From the human T2T-CHM13v2.0 reference genome, Homo sapiens, in assembly GCF_009914755.1 (NCBI RefSeq), contig NC_060939.1: DNA of 64,000 bases, one strand, 5' to 3'. The position numbers and the translations under genes were made by a program. Shown here piece after piece: positions 12,580-27,899 of this stretch. Numbering within the stretch: the stretch's first letter is position 1; every line of letters begins with the position of its first letter. The notes under the pieces were generated by a model. It ran no database searches. It saw only the letters and a program-made list of their open reading frames with translations, and was not told the DNA's origin.

Positions 12580-15300
12580 TTCCATTCAGTTCCATTCCAT
12601 TCTGTTCCATTCCATTCCGTTCCATTACATTCCATTCCATTCGGTACCATTCCATATTGTTCCATTCGATTCCATTCGAATCCATTCCATTCCAGTCCAT
12701 TCCATTCGATTCCATTCCATTCATTTCAATTCCATTCCATTCCATTCCATTACATTCCACTTGATTCCTCTCCATTCCCTTCCACTGCATTCCGTTCGAT
12801 TCCATTCCATTGCATTGCATTCCATTCCATTGGATTGCATTCCATTCGATTCCATTCCATTCGAATCAATTACATAGCAATCCATTACATTCGAGTCTAT
12901 TCTCTTCCGTTCCATTCGATTTCGTTCCAATCCATTCGATTCCATTCCATTCGATTCCATTCCATACTATTGCATTCCATTCGATTACATTATATTCGAA
13001 TAATTTCCATTCAAGACCATTTCATTTGAGTCCATTCTATTTGAGTCCATTCCCTTTGATTCCATAACATTTGAGTCCATTCAATTCCATTCCTTTCGTT
13101 TCCATTCCATTTGATGCCATTCCATTCAATTCTGTTCTACTCGACTCCAATACATTCAATTCCATTCCATCCGATTCCATTACATTCTTTTCATTTCTTA
13201 TCCATTTCAAGCCATTCCACTCCATTCCATTCCACTCGTTTCCTTTCCATTCGAGTCCATTCCTCTCCAGTCCATTCCGTTCAATCCATTCCATTCCAGT
13301 CCATTCCATTCGAGTCCGTTCCATTCCAGTCCATTCCATTCGAGTCAATTCCATTCCATTCGATGTCTTTCCATAACGATCCATTCCATTCTATTCCTTT
13401 CGACTCCATTCCATTCTATTTCATTCCATTCGATTCCCTTCCATTGGACTCCTTTCCATTCGAGTGCATTCCATTCCGTTCCATTTCTTTCCGTTCTGTA
13501 CGATTCCTACCGTTCGATTTCATTTTGTTCCAGTCCATTCCTTTCGCGTCCATTCCATTCCATTTCACTCCATTCGATTCCATTCCACTCGATTCCACTT
13601 CGTTCCATTTCATTGCATTCCATTCTATTCAACTCTATTGCCTTCCATTCCATTCGATTCGATTACATTCCATGCGATTCCATTCGAAATCGAATCAATT
13701 ACATTGCAATCCATTACTATTGAGTCCGTTTTATTCCAGTCCACTGCATTCTGGTCCATTCCATTTGATTCCATTCCATTCTATTCCATTCCATACAGTT
13801 GCATTCCATTGGATTCCATGCTATATCTATAAATTCAATTCGAGACCATTGCTTTTGAGTCCATTCTATATGATTCCATTCCATTCAAGTCCATTACATT
13901 TGGTTAAATTCCATTCCATTCGGTTCAATTCCATTCCATTCCATTCCCTTCCATTCCATTCCAGTTGATATCAATCCATTCGATTCCATTCCATTCGAGC
14001 ACATTCCATTCGAGTCCATTCCATTCGATGCCATTCCATTTGATTCTATTCCATTAGTCTCCATTCAATTCCATTAATCTCCATTCCATTCCATTCTACT
14101 CCAACTGATTCCATTCCATTCTATTCCTTTTTATTCCATTTCATTCCATTCCATTCCATTCCATTCCATTCCATTCCATTCGTGTCCATTCCACTCCAGT
14201 CCATTCCATTCGTATCCATTCCATTCCAGTCCATTCCATTTGTGTCCACTGCATTCCATTCCACTCCATTCCATATTATTCCATTACACTCCATTCCATT
14301 CTATTACTTTCATTTCCATTCAATTCCATTCCATTTGATTCCATTCCACTCGGTTTCATTCCATTTGAGTCCACTCCATTCCATTCCATTCCATTCAGTT
14401 CCATTCCATTCTGTTCCATTCCATTCCGTTCCGTTACATTCCATTCCATTCGGTACCATTCCATATTGTTCCATTCGATTCCATTCGAATCCATTCCATT
14501 CCAGTCCATTCCATTCGATTCCATTCCATTCATTTCAATTCCATTCCATTCCATTCCATTACATTCCACTTGATTCCTCTCCATTCACTTCCACTGCATT
14601 CCGTTCGATTCCATTCCATTGCATTGCATTCCATTCCATTGGATTGCATTCCATTCGATTCCATTCCATTCGAATCAATTACATAGCAATCCATTACATT
14701 CGAATCTATTCTCTTCCGTTCCATTCGATTTCGTTCCAATCCATTCGATTCCATTCCATTCGATTCCATTCCATACTATTGCATTTCATTCGATTACATT
14801 ATATTCGAATAAGTTCCATTCAAGACCATTTCTTTTGAGTCCATTCTATTTGAGTCCATTCCCTTTGAATCCATAACATTTGAGTCCATTCAATTCCATT
14901 CCTTTCGTTTTCATTCCATTTGATGCCATTCCATTCAATTCTGTTCTACTCGACTCCAATACATTCAATTCCATTCCATCCGATTCCATTACATTCTTTT
15001 CATTTCTTATCCATTTCAAGCCATTCCACTCCATTCCATTCCACTCGTTTCCTTTCCATTCGAGTCCATTCCTCTCCAGTCCATTCCGTTCAATCCATTC
15101 CATTCCAGTCCATTCCATTCGAGTCCGTTCCATTCCAGTCCATTCCATTCGAGTCAATTCCATTCCATTCGATGTCTTTCCATAACGATCCATTCCATTC
15201 TATTCCTTTCGATTCCATTCCATTCTATTTCATTCCATTCGATTCCCTTCCATTGGACTCCTTTCCATTCGAGTGCATTCCATTCCGTTCCATTTCTTTC
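12580..15300. repeat. Near-identical copy of 1-~2700 (offset 12,579 bp, 7 monomers)
   Basis: Anchors 492/13071 and 2301/14880. Shared rare variants: ATAATTTCC (421/13000), CATTTCATTTGAG, TTCGACTCC, CTTTTTATTCC, ATTCACTTCC, CGAATCTAT, TTTGAATCC, CGTTTTCATT. Confidence 0.85.
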
Positions 15301-18069
15301 CGTTCTTTACGATTCCTACCGTTCGATTTCATTTTGTTCCAGTCCATTCTTTCGCGTCCATTCCATTCCATTTCACTCCATTCGATTCCATTCCACTCGA
15401 TTCCACTTCGTTCCATTTCATTGCATTCCATTCTATTCAACTCTATTGCCTTCCATTCCATTCCATTCCATTACATTCCATGCGATTCCATTCGAAATCG
15501 AATCAATTACATTGCAATCCATTACTATTGAGTCCGTTTTATTCCAGTCCACTGCATTCTGGTCCATTCCATTTGATTCCATTCCATTCTATTCCATTGC
15601 ATACAGTTGCATTCCATTGGATTCCATGCTATATCTATAAATTCAATTCGAGACCATTGCTTTTGAGTCCATTCTATATGATTCCATTCCATTCAAGTCC
15701 ATTACATTTGGTTAAATTCCATTCCATTCGGTTCAATTCCATTCCATTCCATTCCCTTCCATTCCATTCCAGTTGATATCAATCCATTCGATTCCATTCC
15801 ATTCGAGCACATTCCATTCGAGTCCATTCCATTCGATGCCATTCCATTTGATTCTATTCCATTAGTCTCCATTCAATTCCATTAATCTCCATTCCATTCC
15901 ATTCTACTCCAACTGATTCCATTCCATTCTATTCTTTTCCATTCCATTTCATTCCATTCCATTCCATTCCATTCCATTCCATTCCATTCCATTCGTGTCC
16001 ATTCCACTCCAGTCCATTCCATTCGTATCCATTCCATTCCAGTCCATTCCATTTGTGTCCACTGCATTCCATTCCACTCCATTCCATATTATTCCATTAC
16101 ACTCCATTCCATTCTATTACTTTCATTTCCATTCAATTCCATTCCATTTGATACCATTCCACTCGGTTTCATTCCATTTGAGTCCACTCCATTCCATTCC
16201 ATTCCATTCAGTTCCATTCCATTCTGTTCCATTCCATTCCGTTCCATTACATTCCATTCCATTCGGTATCATTCCATATTGTTCCATTCGATTCCATTCG
16301 AATCCATTCCATTCCAGTCCATTCCATTCGATTCCATTCCATTCATTTCAATTCCATTCCATTCCATTCCATTACATTCCACTTGATTCCTCTCCATTCC
16401 CTTCCACTGCATTCCGTTCAATTCCATTCCATTGCATTGCATTCCATTCCATTGGATTGCATTCCATTCGATTCCATTCCATTCGAATCAATTACATAGC
16501 AATCCATTACATTCGAGTCTATTCTCTTCCGTTCCATTCGATTTCGTTCCAATCCATTCGATTCCATTCCATTCGATTCCATTCCATACTATTGCATTCC
16601 ATTCGATTACATTATATTCGAATACGTTCCATTCAAGACCATTTCTTTTGAGTCCATTCTATTTGAGTCCATTCCCTTTGATTCCATAACATTTGAGTCC
16701 ATTCAATTCCATTCCTTTCGTTTCCATTCCATTTGATGCCATTCCATTCAATTCTGTTCTACTCGACTCCAATACATTCAATTCCATTCCATCCGATTCC
16801 ATTACATTCTTTTCATTTCTTATCCATTTCAAGCCATTCCACTCCATTCCATTCCACTCGTTTCCTTTCCATTCGAGTCCATTCCTCTCCAGTCCATTCC
16901 GTTCAATCCATTCCATTCCAGTCCATTCCATTCGAGTCCGTTCCATTCCAGTCCATTCCATTCGAGTCAATTCCATTCCATTCGATGTCTTTCCATAACG
17001 ATCCATTCCATTCTATTCCTTTCGATTCCATTCCATTCTATTTCATTCCATTCGATTCCCTTCCATTGGACTCCTTTCCATTCGAGTGCATTCCATTCCG
17101 TTCCATTTCTTTCCGTTCTGTACGATTCCTACCGTTCGATTTCATTTTGTTCCAGTCCATTCTTTCGCGTCCATTCCATTCCATTTCACTCCATTCGATT
17201 CCATTCCACTCGATTCCACTTCGTTCCATTTCATTGCATTCCATTCTATTCAACTCTATTGCCTTCCATTCCATTCCATTCGATTACATTCCATGCGATT
17301 CCATTCGAAATCGAATCAATTACATTGCAATCCATTACTATTGAGTCCGTTTTATTCCAGTCCACTGCATTCTGGTCCATTCCATTTGATTCCATTCCAT
17401 TCTATTCCATTCCATACAGTTGCATTCCATTGGATTCCATGCTATATCTATAAATTCAATTCGAGACCATTGCTTTTGAGTCCATTCTATATGATTCCAT
17501 TCCATTCAAGTCCATTACATTTGGTTAAATTCAATTCCATTCGGTTCAATTCCATTCCATTCCATTCCCTTCCATTCCATTCCAGTTGATATCAATCCAT
17601 TCGATTCCATTCCATTCGAGCACATTCCATTCGAGTCCATTCCATTCGATGCCATTCCATTTGATTCTATTCCATTAGTCTCCATTCAATTCCATTAATC
17701 TCCATTCCATTCCATTCTACTCCAACTGATTCCATTCCATTCTATTCCTTTCCATTCCATTTCATTCCATTCCATTCCATTCCATTCCATTCCATTCCAT
17801 TCGTGTCCATTCCACTCCAGTCCATTCCATTCGTATCCATTCCATTCCAGTCCATTCCATTTGTGTCCACTGCATTCCATTCCACTCCATTCCATATTAT
17901 TCCATTACACTCCCTTCCATTCTATTACTTTCATTTCCATTCAATTCCATTCCATTTGATTCCATTCCACTCGGTTTCATTCCATTTGAGTCCACTCCAT
18001 TCCATTCCATTCCATTCAGTTCCATTCCATTCTGTTCCATTCCATTCCGTTCCATTACATTCCATTCCA

Positions 18070-21000
18070 TTCGGTACCATTCCATATTGTTCCATTCGAT
18101 TGCATTCGAATCCATTCCATTCCAGTCCATTCCATTCGATTCCATTCCATTCCTTTCAATTCCATTCCATTCCATTCCATTACATTCCACTTGATTCCTC
18201 TCCATTCCCTTCCACTGCATTCCGTTCGATTCCATTCCATTGCATTGCATTCCATTCCATTGGATTGCATTCCATTCGATTCCATTCCATTCGAATCAAT
18301 TACATAGCAATCCATTACATTCGAGTCTATTCTCTTCCGTTCCATTCGATTTCGTTCCAATCCATTCGATTCCATTCCATTCGATACCATTCCATACTAT
18401 TGCATTCCATTCGATTACATTATATTCGAATAAGTTCCATTCAAGACCATTTCTTTTGAGTCCATTCTATTTGAGTCCATTCCCTTTGATTCCATAACAT
18501 TTGAGTCCATTCAATTCCATTCCTTTCGTTTCCATTCCATTTGATGCCATTCCATTCAATTCTGTTCTACTCGACTCCAATACATTCAATTCCATTCCAT
18601 CCGATTCCATTACATTCTTTTCATTTCTTATCCATTTCAAGCCATTCCACTCCATTCCATTCCACTCGTTTCCTTTCCATTCGAGTCCATTCCTCTCCAG
18701 TCCATTCCGTTCAATCCATTCCATTCCAGTCCATTCCATTCGAGTCCATTCCATTCCAGTCCATTCCATTCGAGTCAATTCCATTCCATTCGATGTCTTT
18801 CCATAACGATCCATTCCATTCTATTCCTTTCGATTCCATTCCATTCTATTTCATTCCATTCGATTCCCTTCCATTGGACTCCTTTCCATTCGAGTGCATT
18901 CCATTCCATTCCATTTCTTTCCGTTCTGTACGATTCCTACCGTTCGATTTCATTTTGTTCCAGTCCATTCTTTCGCGTCCATTCCATTCCACTTCACTCC
19001 ATTCGATTCCATTCCACTCGATTCCACTTCGTTCCATTTCATTGCATTCCATTCTATTCAACTCTATTGCCTTCCATTCCATTCCATTCGATTACATTCC
19101 ATGCGATTCCATTCGAAATCGAATCAATTACATTGCAATCCATTACTATTGAGTCCGTTTTATTCCAGTCCACTGCATTCTGGTCCATTCCATTTGATTC
19201 CATTCCATTCTATTCCATTCCATACAGTTGCATTCCATTGGATTCCATGCTATATCTATAAATTCAATTCGAGACCATTGCTTTTGAGTCCATTCTATAT
19301 GATTCCATTCCATTCAAGTCCATTACATTTGGTTAAATTCCATTCCATTCGGTTCAATTCCATTCCATTCCATTCCCTTCCATTCCATTCCAGTTGATAT
19401 CAATCCATTCGATTCCATTCCATTCGAGCACATTCCATTCGAGTCCATTCCATTCGATGCCATTCCATTTGATTCTATTCCATTAGTCTCCATTCAATTC
19501 CATTAATCTCCATTCCATTCCATTCTACTCCAACTGATTCCATTCCATTCTATTCCTTTCCATTCCATTTCATTCCATTCCATTCCATTCCATTCGTGTC
19601 CATTCCACTCCAGTCCATTCCATTCGTATCCATTCCATTCCAGTCCATTCCATTTGTGTCCACTGCATTCCATTCCACTCCATTCCATATTATTCCATTA
19701 CACTCCATTCCATTCTATTACTTTCATTTCCATTCAATTCCATTCCATTTGATTCCATTCCACTCGGTTTCATTCCATTTGAGTCCACTCCATTCCATTC
19801 CATTCCATTCAGTTCCATTCCATTCTGTTCCATTCCATTCCGTTCCATTACATTCCATTCCATTCGGTACCATTCCATATTGTTCCATTCGATTCCATTC
19901 GAATCCATTCCATTCCAGTCCATTCCATTCGATTCCATTCCATTCCTTTCAATTCCATTCCATTCCATTCCATTACATTCCACTTGATTCCTCTCCATTC
20001 CCTTCCACTGCATTCCGTTCGATTCCATTCCATTGCATTGCATTCCATTCCATTGGATTGCATTCCATTCGATTCCATTCCATTCGAATCAATTACATAG
20101 CAATCCATTACATTCGAGTCTATTCTCTTCCGTTCCATTCGATTTCGTTCCAATCCATTCGATTCCATTCCATTCGATTCCATTCCATACTATTGCATTC
20201 CATTCGATTACATTATATTCGAATAAGTTCCATTCAAGACCATTTCTTTTGAGTCCATTCTATTTGAGTCCATTCCCTTTGATTCCATAACATTTGAGTC
20301 CATTCAATTCCATTCCTTTCGTTTCCATTCCATTTGATGCCATTCCATTCAATTCTGTTCTACTCGACTCCAATACATTCAATTCCATTCCATCCGATTC
20401 CATTACATTCTTTTCATTTCTTATCCATTTCAAGCCATTCCACTCCATTCCATTCCACTCGTTTCCTTTCCATTCGAGTCCATTCCTCTCCAGTCCATTC
20501 CGTTCAATCCATTCCATTCCAGTCCATTCCATTCGAGTCCGTTCCATTCCAGTCCATTCCATTCGAGTCAATTCCATTCCATTCGATGTCTTTCCATAAC
20601 GATCCATTCCATTCTATTCCTTTCGATTCCATTCCATTCTATTTCATTCCATTCGATTCCCTTCCATTGGACTCCTTTCCATTCGAGTGCATTCCATTCC
20701 GTTCCATTTCTTTCCGTTCTGTACGATTCCTACCGTTCGATTTCATTTTGTTCCAGTCCATTCTTTCGCGTCCATTCCATTCCATTTCACTCCATTCGAT
20801 TCCATTCCACTCGATTCCACTTCGTTCCATTTCATTGCATTCCATTCTATTCAACTCTATTGCCTTCCATTCCATTCCATTCGATTACATTCCATGCGAT
20901 TCCATTCGAAATCGAATCAATTACATTGCAATCCATTACTATTGAGTCCGTTTTATTCCAGTCCACTGCATTCTGGTCCATTCCATTTGATTCCATTCCA

Positions 21001-24000
21001 TTCTATTCCATTCCATACAGTTGCATTCCATTGGATTCCATGCTATATCTATAAATTCAATTCGAGACCATTGCTTTTGAGTCCATTCTATATGATTCCA
21101 TTCCATTCAAGTCCATTACATTTGGTTAAATTCCAATCCATTCGGTTCAATTCCATTCCATTCCATTCCCTTCCATTCCATTCCAGTTGATATCAATCCA
21201 TTCGATTCCATTCCATTCGAGCACATTCCATTCGAGTCCATTCCATTCGATGCCATTCCATTTGATTCTATTCCATTAGTCTCCATTCAATTCCATTAAT
21301 CTCCATTCCATTCCATTCTACTCCAACTGATTCCATTCCATTCTATTCCTTTCCATTCCATTTCATTCCATTCCATTCCATTCCATTCCATTCGTGTCCA
21401 TTCCACTCCAGTCCATTCCATTCGTATCCATTCCATTCCAGTCCATTCCATTTGTGTCCACTGCATTCCATTCCACTCCATTCCATATTATTCCATTACA
21501 CTCCATTCCATTCTATTACTTTCATTTCCATTCAATTCCATTCCATTTGATTCCATTCCACTCGGTTTCATTCCATTTGAGTCCACTCCATTCCATTCCA
21601 TTCCATTCAGTTCCATTCCATTCTGTTCCATTCCATTCCGTTCCATTACATTCCATTCCATTCGGTACCATTCCATATTGTTCCATTCGATTCCATTCGA
21701 ATCCATTCCATTCCAGTCCATTCCATTCGATTCCATTCCATTCATTTCAATTCCATTCCATTACATTCCACTTGATTCCTCTCCATTCCCTTCCACTGCA
21801 TTCCGTTCGATTCCATTCCATTGCATTGCATTCCATTCCATTGGATTGCATTCCATTCGATTCCATTCCATTCGAATCAATTACATAGCAATCCATTACA
21901 TTCGAGTCTATTCTCTTCCGTTCCATTCGATTTCGTTCCAATCCATTCGATTCCATTCCATTCGATTCCATTCCATACTATTGCATTCCATTCGATTACA
22001 TTATATTCGAATAATTTCCATTCAAGACCATTTCATTTGAGTCCATTCTATTTGAGTCCATTCCCTTTGATTCCATAACATTTGAGTCCATTCAATTCCA
22101 TTCCTTTCGTTTCCATTCCATTTGATGCCATTCCATTCAATTCTGTTCTACTCGACTCCAATACATTCAATTCCATTCCATCCGATTCCATTACATTCTT
22201 TTCATTTCTTATCCATTTCAAGCCATTCCACTCCATTCCATTCCACTCGTTTCCTTTCCATTCGAGTCCATTCCTCTCCAGTCCATTCCGTTCAATCCAT
22301 TCCATTCCAGTCCATTCCATTCGAGTCCGTTCCATTCCAGTCCATTCCATTCGAGTCAATTCCATTCCATTCGATGTCTTTCCATAACGATCCATTCCAT
22401 TCTATTCCTTTCGACTCCATTCCATTCTATTTCATTCCATTCGATTCCCTTCCATTGGACTCCTTTCCATTCGAGTGCATTCCATTCCGTTCCATTTCTT
22501 TCCGTTCTGTACGATTCCTACCGTTCGATTTCATTTTGTTCCAGTCCATTCCTTTCGCGTCCATTCCATTCCATTTCACTCCATTCGATTCCATTCCACT
22601 CGATTCCACTTCGTTCCATTTCATTGCATTCCATTCTATTCAACTCTAATGCCTTCCATTCCATTCCATTCCATTACATTCCATGCGATTCCATTCGAAA
22701 TCGAATCAATTACATTGCAATCCATTACTATTGAGTCCGTTTTATTCCAGTCCACTGCATTCTGGTCCATTCCATTTGATTCCATTCCATTCTATTCCAT
22801 TCCATACAGTTGCATTCCATTGGATTCCATGCTATATCTATAAATTCAATTCGAGACCATTGCTTTTGAGTCCATTCTATATGATTCCATTCCATTCAAG
22901 TCCATTACATTTGGTTAAATTCCATTCCATTCGGTTCAATTCCATTCCATTCCATTCCCTTCCATTCCATTCCAGTTGATATCAATCCATTCGATTCCAT
23001 TCCATTCGAGCACATTCCATTCGAGTCCATTCCATTCGATGCCATTCCATTTGATTCTATTCCATTAGTCTCCATTCAATTCCATTAATCTCCATTCCAT
23101 TCCATTCTACTCCAACTGATTCCATTCCATTCTATTCCTTTTTATTCCATTTCATTCCATTCCATTCCATTCCATTCCATTCCATTCCATTCCATTCGTG
23201 TCCATTCCACTCCAGTCCATTCCATTCGTATCCATTCCATTCCAGTCCATTCCATTTGTGTCCACTGCATTCCATTCCACTCCATTCCATATTATTCCAT
23301 TACACTCCATTCCATTCTATTACTTTCATTTCCATTCAATTCCATTCCATTTGATTCCATTCCACTCGGTTTCATTCCATTTGAGTCCACTCCATTCCAT
23401 TCCATTCCATTCAGTTCCATTCCATTCTGTTCCATTCCATTCCGTTCCGTTACATTCCATTCCATTCGGTACCATTCCATATTGTTCCATTCGATTCCAT
23501 TCGAATCCATTCCATTCCAGTCCATTCCATTCGATTCCATTCCATTCATTTCAATTCCATTCCATTCCATTCCATTACATTCCACTTGATTCCTCTCCAT
23601 TCACTTCCACTGCATTCCGTTCGATTCCATTCCATTGCATTGCATTCCATTCCATTGGATTGCATTCCATTCGATTCCATTCCATTCGAATCAATTACAT
23701 AGCAATCCATTACATTCGAGTCTATTCTCTTCCGTTCCATTCGATTTCGTTCCAATCCATTCGATTCCATTCCATTCGATTCCATTCCATACTATTGCAT
23801 TTCATTCGATTACATTATATTCGAATAAGTTCCATTCAAGACCATTTCTTTTGAGTCCATTCTATTTGAGTCCATTCCCTTTGAATCCATAACATTTGAG
23901 TCCATTCAATTCCATTCCTTTCGTTTTCATTCCATTTGATGCCATTCCATTCAATTCTGTTCTACTCGACTCCAATACATTCAATTCCATTCCATCCGAT

Positions 24001-24200
24001 TCCATTACATTCTTTTCATTTCTTATCCATTTCAAGCCATTCCACTCCATTCCATTCCACTCGTTTCCTTTCCATTCGAGTCCATTCCTCTCCAGTCCAT
24101 TCCGTTCAATCCATTCCATTCCAGTCCATTCCATTCGAGTCCGTTCCATTCCAGTCCATTCCATTCGAGTCAATTCCATTCCATTCGATGTCTTTCCATA
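18070..24200. repeat. Copy of ~9050-15200 (offset 9,021 shifting to 9,011/9,016 bp, 5 monomers)
   Basis: Anchors 9480/18501, 11273/20294, 13071/22082, 14880/23896. Shared variants: GATTGCATTCGAAT, CCACTTCACT (~9968/~18989), TTCCAATCCATTCGG (~12110/~21131), ATAATTTCC (13000/22011). Boundaries approximate. Confidence 0.85.
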
Positions 24201-27200
24201 ACGATCCATTCCATTCTATTCCTTTCGATTCCATTCCATTCTATTTCATTCCATTCGATTCCCTTCCATTGGACTCCTTTCCATTCGAGTGCATTCCATT
24301 CCGTTCCATTTCTTTCCGTTCTGTACGATTCCTACCGTTCGATTTCATTTTGTTCCAGTCCATTCTTTCGCGTCCATTCCATTCCATTTCACTCCATTCG
24401 ATTCCATTCCACTCGATTCCACTTCGTTCCATTTCATTGCATTCCATTCTATTCAACTCTATTGCCTTCCATTCCATTCCATTCGATTACATTCCATGCG
24501 ATTCCATTCGAAATCGAATCAATTACATTGCAATCCATTACTATTGAGTCCGTTTTATTCCAGTCCACTGCATTCTGGTCCATTCCATTTGATTCCATTC
24601 CATTCTATTCCATTCCATACAGTTGCATTCCATTGGATTCCATGCTATATCTATAAATTCAATTCGAGACCATTGCTTTTGAGTCCATTCTATATGATTC
24701 CATTCCATTCAAGTCCATTACATTTGGTTAAATTCAATTCCATTCGGTTCAATTCCATTCCATTCCATTCCCTTCCATTCCATTCCAGTTGATATCAATC
24801 CATTCGATTCCATTCCATTCGAGCACATTCCATTCGAGTCCATTCCATTCGATGCCATTCCATTTGATTCTATTCCATTAGTCTCCATTCAATTCCATTA
24901 ATCTCCATTCCATTCCATTCTACTCCAACTGATTCCATTCCATTCTATTCCTTTCCATTCCATTTCATTCCATTCCATTCCATTCCATTCCATTCCATTC
25001 CATTCGTGTCCATTCCACTCCAGTCCATTCCATTCGTATCCATTCCATTCCAGTCCATTCCATTTGTGTCCACTGCATTCCATTCCACTCCATTCCATAT
25101 TATTCCATTACACTCCCTTCCATTCTATTACTTTCATTTCCATTCAATTCCATTCCATTTGATTCCATTCCACTCGGTTTCATTCCATTTGAGTCCACTC
25201 CATTCCATTCCATTCCATTCAGTTCCATTCCATTCTGTTCCATTCCATTCCGTTCCATTACATTCCATTCCATTCGGTACCATTCCATATTGTTCCATTC
25301 GATTGCATTCGAATCCATTCCATTCCAGTCCATTCCATTCGATTCCATTCCATTCCTTTCAATTCCATTCCATTCCATTCCATTACATTCCACTTGATTC
25401 CTCTCCATTCCCTTCCACTGCATTCCGTTCGATTCCATTCCATTGCATTGCATTCCATTCCATTGGATTGCATTCCATTCGATTCCATTCCATTCGAATC
25501 AATTACATAGCAATCCATTACATTCGAGTCTATTCTCTTCCGTTCCATTCGATTTCGTTCCAATCCATTCGATTCCATTCCATTCGATTCCATTCCATAC
25601 TATTGCATTCCATTCGATTACATTATATTCGAATAAGTTCCATTCAAGACCATTTCTTTTGAGTCCATTCTATTTGAGTCCATTCCCTTTGATTCCATAA
25701 CATTTGAGTCCATTCAATTCCATTCCTTTCGTTTCCATTCCATTTGATGCCATTCCATTCAATTCTGTTCTACTCGAATCCAATACATTCAATTCCATTC
25801 CATCCGATTCCATTACATTCTTTTCATTTCTTATCCATTTCAAGCCATTCCACTCCATTCCATTCCACTCGTTTCCTTTCCATTCGAGTCCATTCCTCTC
25901 CAGTCCATTCCGTTCAATCCATTCCATTCCAGTCCATTCCATTCGAGTCCGTTCCATTCCAGTCCATTCCATTCGAGTCAATTCCATTCCATTCGATGTC
26001 TTTCCATAACGATCCATTCCATTCTATTCCTTTCGATTCCATTCCATTCTATTTCATTCCATTCGATTCCCTTCCATTGGACTCCTTTCCATTCGAGTGC
26101 ATTCCATTCCGTTCCATTTCTTTCCGTTCTGTACGATTCCTACCGTTCGATTTCATTTTGTTCCAGTCCATTCTTTCGCGTCCATTCCATTCCATTTCAC
26201 TCCATTCGATTCCATTCCACTCGATTCCACTTCGTTCCATTTCATTGCATTCCATTCTATTCAACTCTATTGCCTTCCATTCCATTCCATTCGATTACAT
26301 TCCATGCGATTCCATTCGAAATCGAATCAATTACATTGCAATCCATTACTATTGAGTCCGTTTTATTCCAGTCCACTGCATTCTGGTCCATTCCATTTGA
26401 TTCCATTCCATTCTATTCCATTCCATACAGTTGCATTCCATTGGATTCCATGCTATATCTATAAATTCAATTCGAGACCATTGCTTTTGAGTCCATTCTA
26501 TATGATTCCATTCCATTCAAGTCCATTACATTTGGTTAAATTCCAATCCATTCGGTTCAATTCCATTCCATTCCATTCCCTTCCATTCCATTCCAGTTGA
26601 TATCAATCCATTCGATTCCATTCCATTCGAGCACATTCCATTCGAGTCCATTCCATTCGATGCCATTCCATTTGATTCTATTCCATTAGTCTCCATTCAA
26701 TTCCATTAATCTCCATTCCATTCCATTCTACTCCAACTGATTCCATTCCATTCTTTTCCTTTCCATTCCATTTCATTCCATTCCATTCCATTCCATTCCA
26801 TTCGTGTCCATTCCACTCCAGTCCATTCCATTCGTATCCATTCCATTCCAGTCCATTCCATTTGTGTCCACTGCATTCCATTCCACTCCATTCCATATTA
26901 TTCCATTACACTCCATTCCATTCTATTACTTTCATTTCCATTCAATTCCATTCCATTTGATTCCATTCCACTCGGTTTCATTCCATTTGAGTCCACTCCA
27001 TTCCATTCCATTCCATTCAGTTCCATTCCATTCTGTTCCATTCCTTTCCGTTCCATTACATTCCATTCCATTCGGTACCATTCCATATTGTTCCATTCGA
27101 TTCCATTCGAATCCATTCCATTCCAGTCCATTCCATTCGATTCCATTCCATTCATTTCAATTCCATTCCATTCCATTACATTCCACTTGATTCCTCTCCA

Positions 27201-27899
27201 TTCCCTTCCACTGCATTCCGTTCGATTCCATTCCATTGCATTGCATTCCATTCCATTGGATTGCATTCCATTCGATTCCATTCCATTCGAATCAATTACA
27301 TAGCAATCCATTACATTCGAGTCTATTCTCTTCCGTTCCATTCGATTTCGTTCCAATCCATTCGATTCCATTCCATTCGATTCCATTCCATACTATTGCA
27401 TTCCATTCGATTACATTATATTCGAATAATTTCCATTCAAGACCATTTCTTTTGAGTCCATTCTATTTGAGTCCATTCCCTTTGATTCCATAACATTTGA
27501 GTCCATTCAATTCCATTCCTTTCGTTTCCATTCCATTTGATGCCATTCCATTCAATTCTGTTCTACTCGACTCCAATACATTCAATTCCATTCCATCCGA
27601 TTCCATTACATTCTTTTCATTTCTTATCCATTTCAAGCCATTCCACTCCATTCCATTCCACTCGTTTCCTTTCCATTCGAGTCCATTCCTCTCCAGTCCA
27701 TTCCGTTCAATCCATTCCATTCCAGTCCATTCCATTCGAGTCCGTTCCATTCCAGTCCATTCCATTCGAGTCAATTCCATTCCATTCGATGTCTTTCCAT
27801 AACGATCCATTCCATTCTATTCCTTTCGACTCCATTCCATTCTATTTCATTCCATTCGATTCCCTTCCATTGGACTCCTTTCCATTCGAGTGCATTCCA

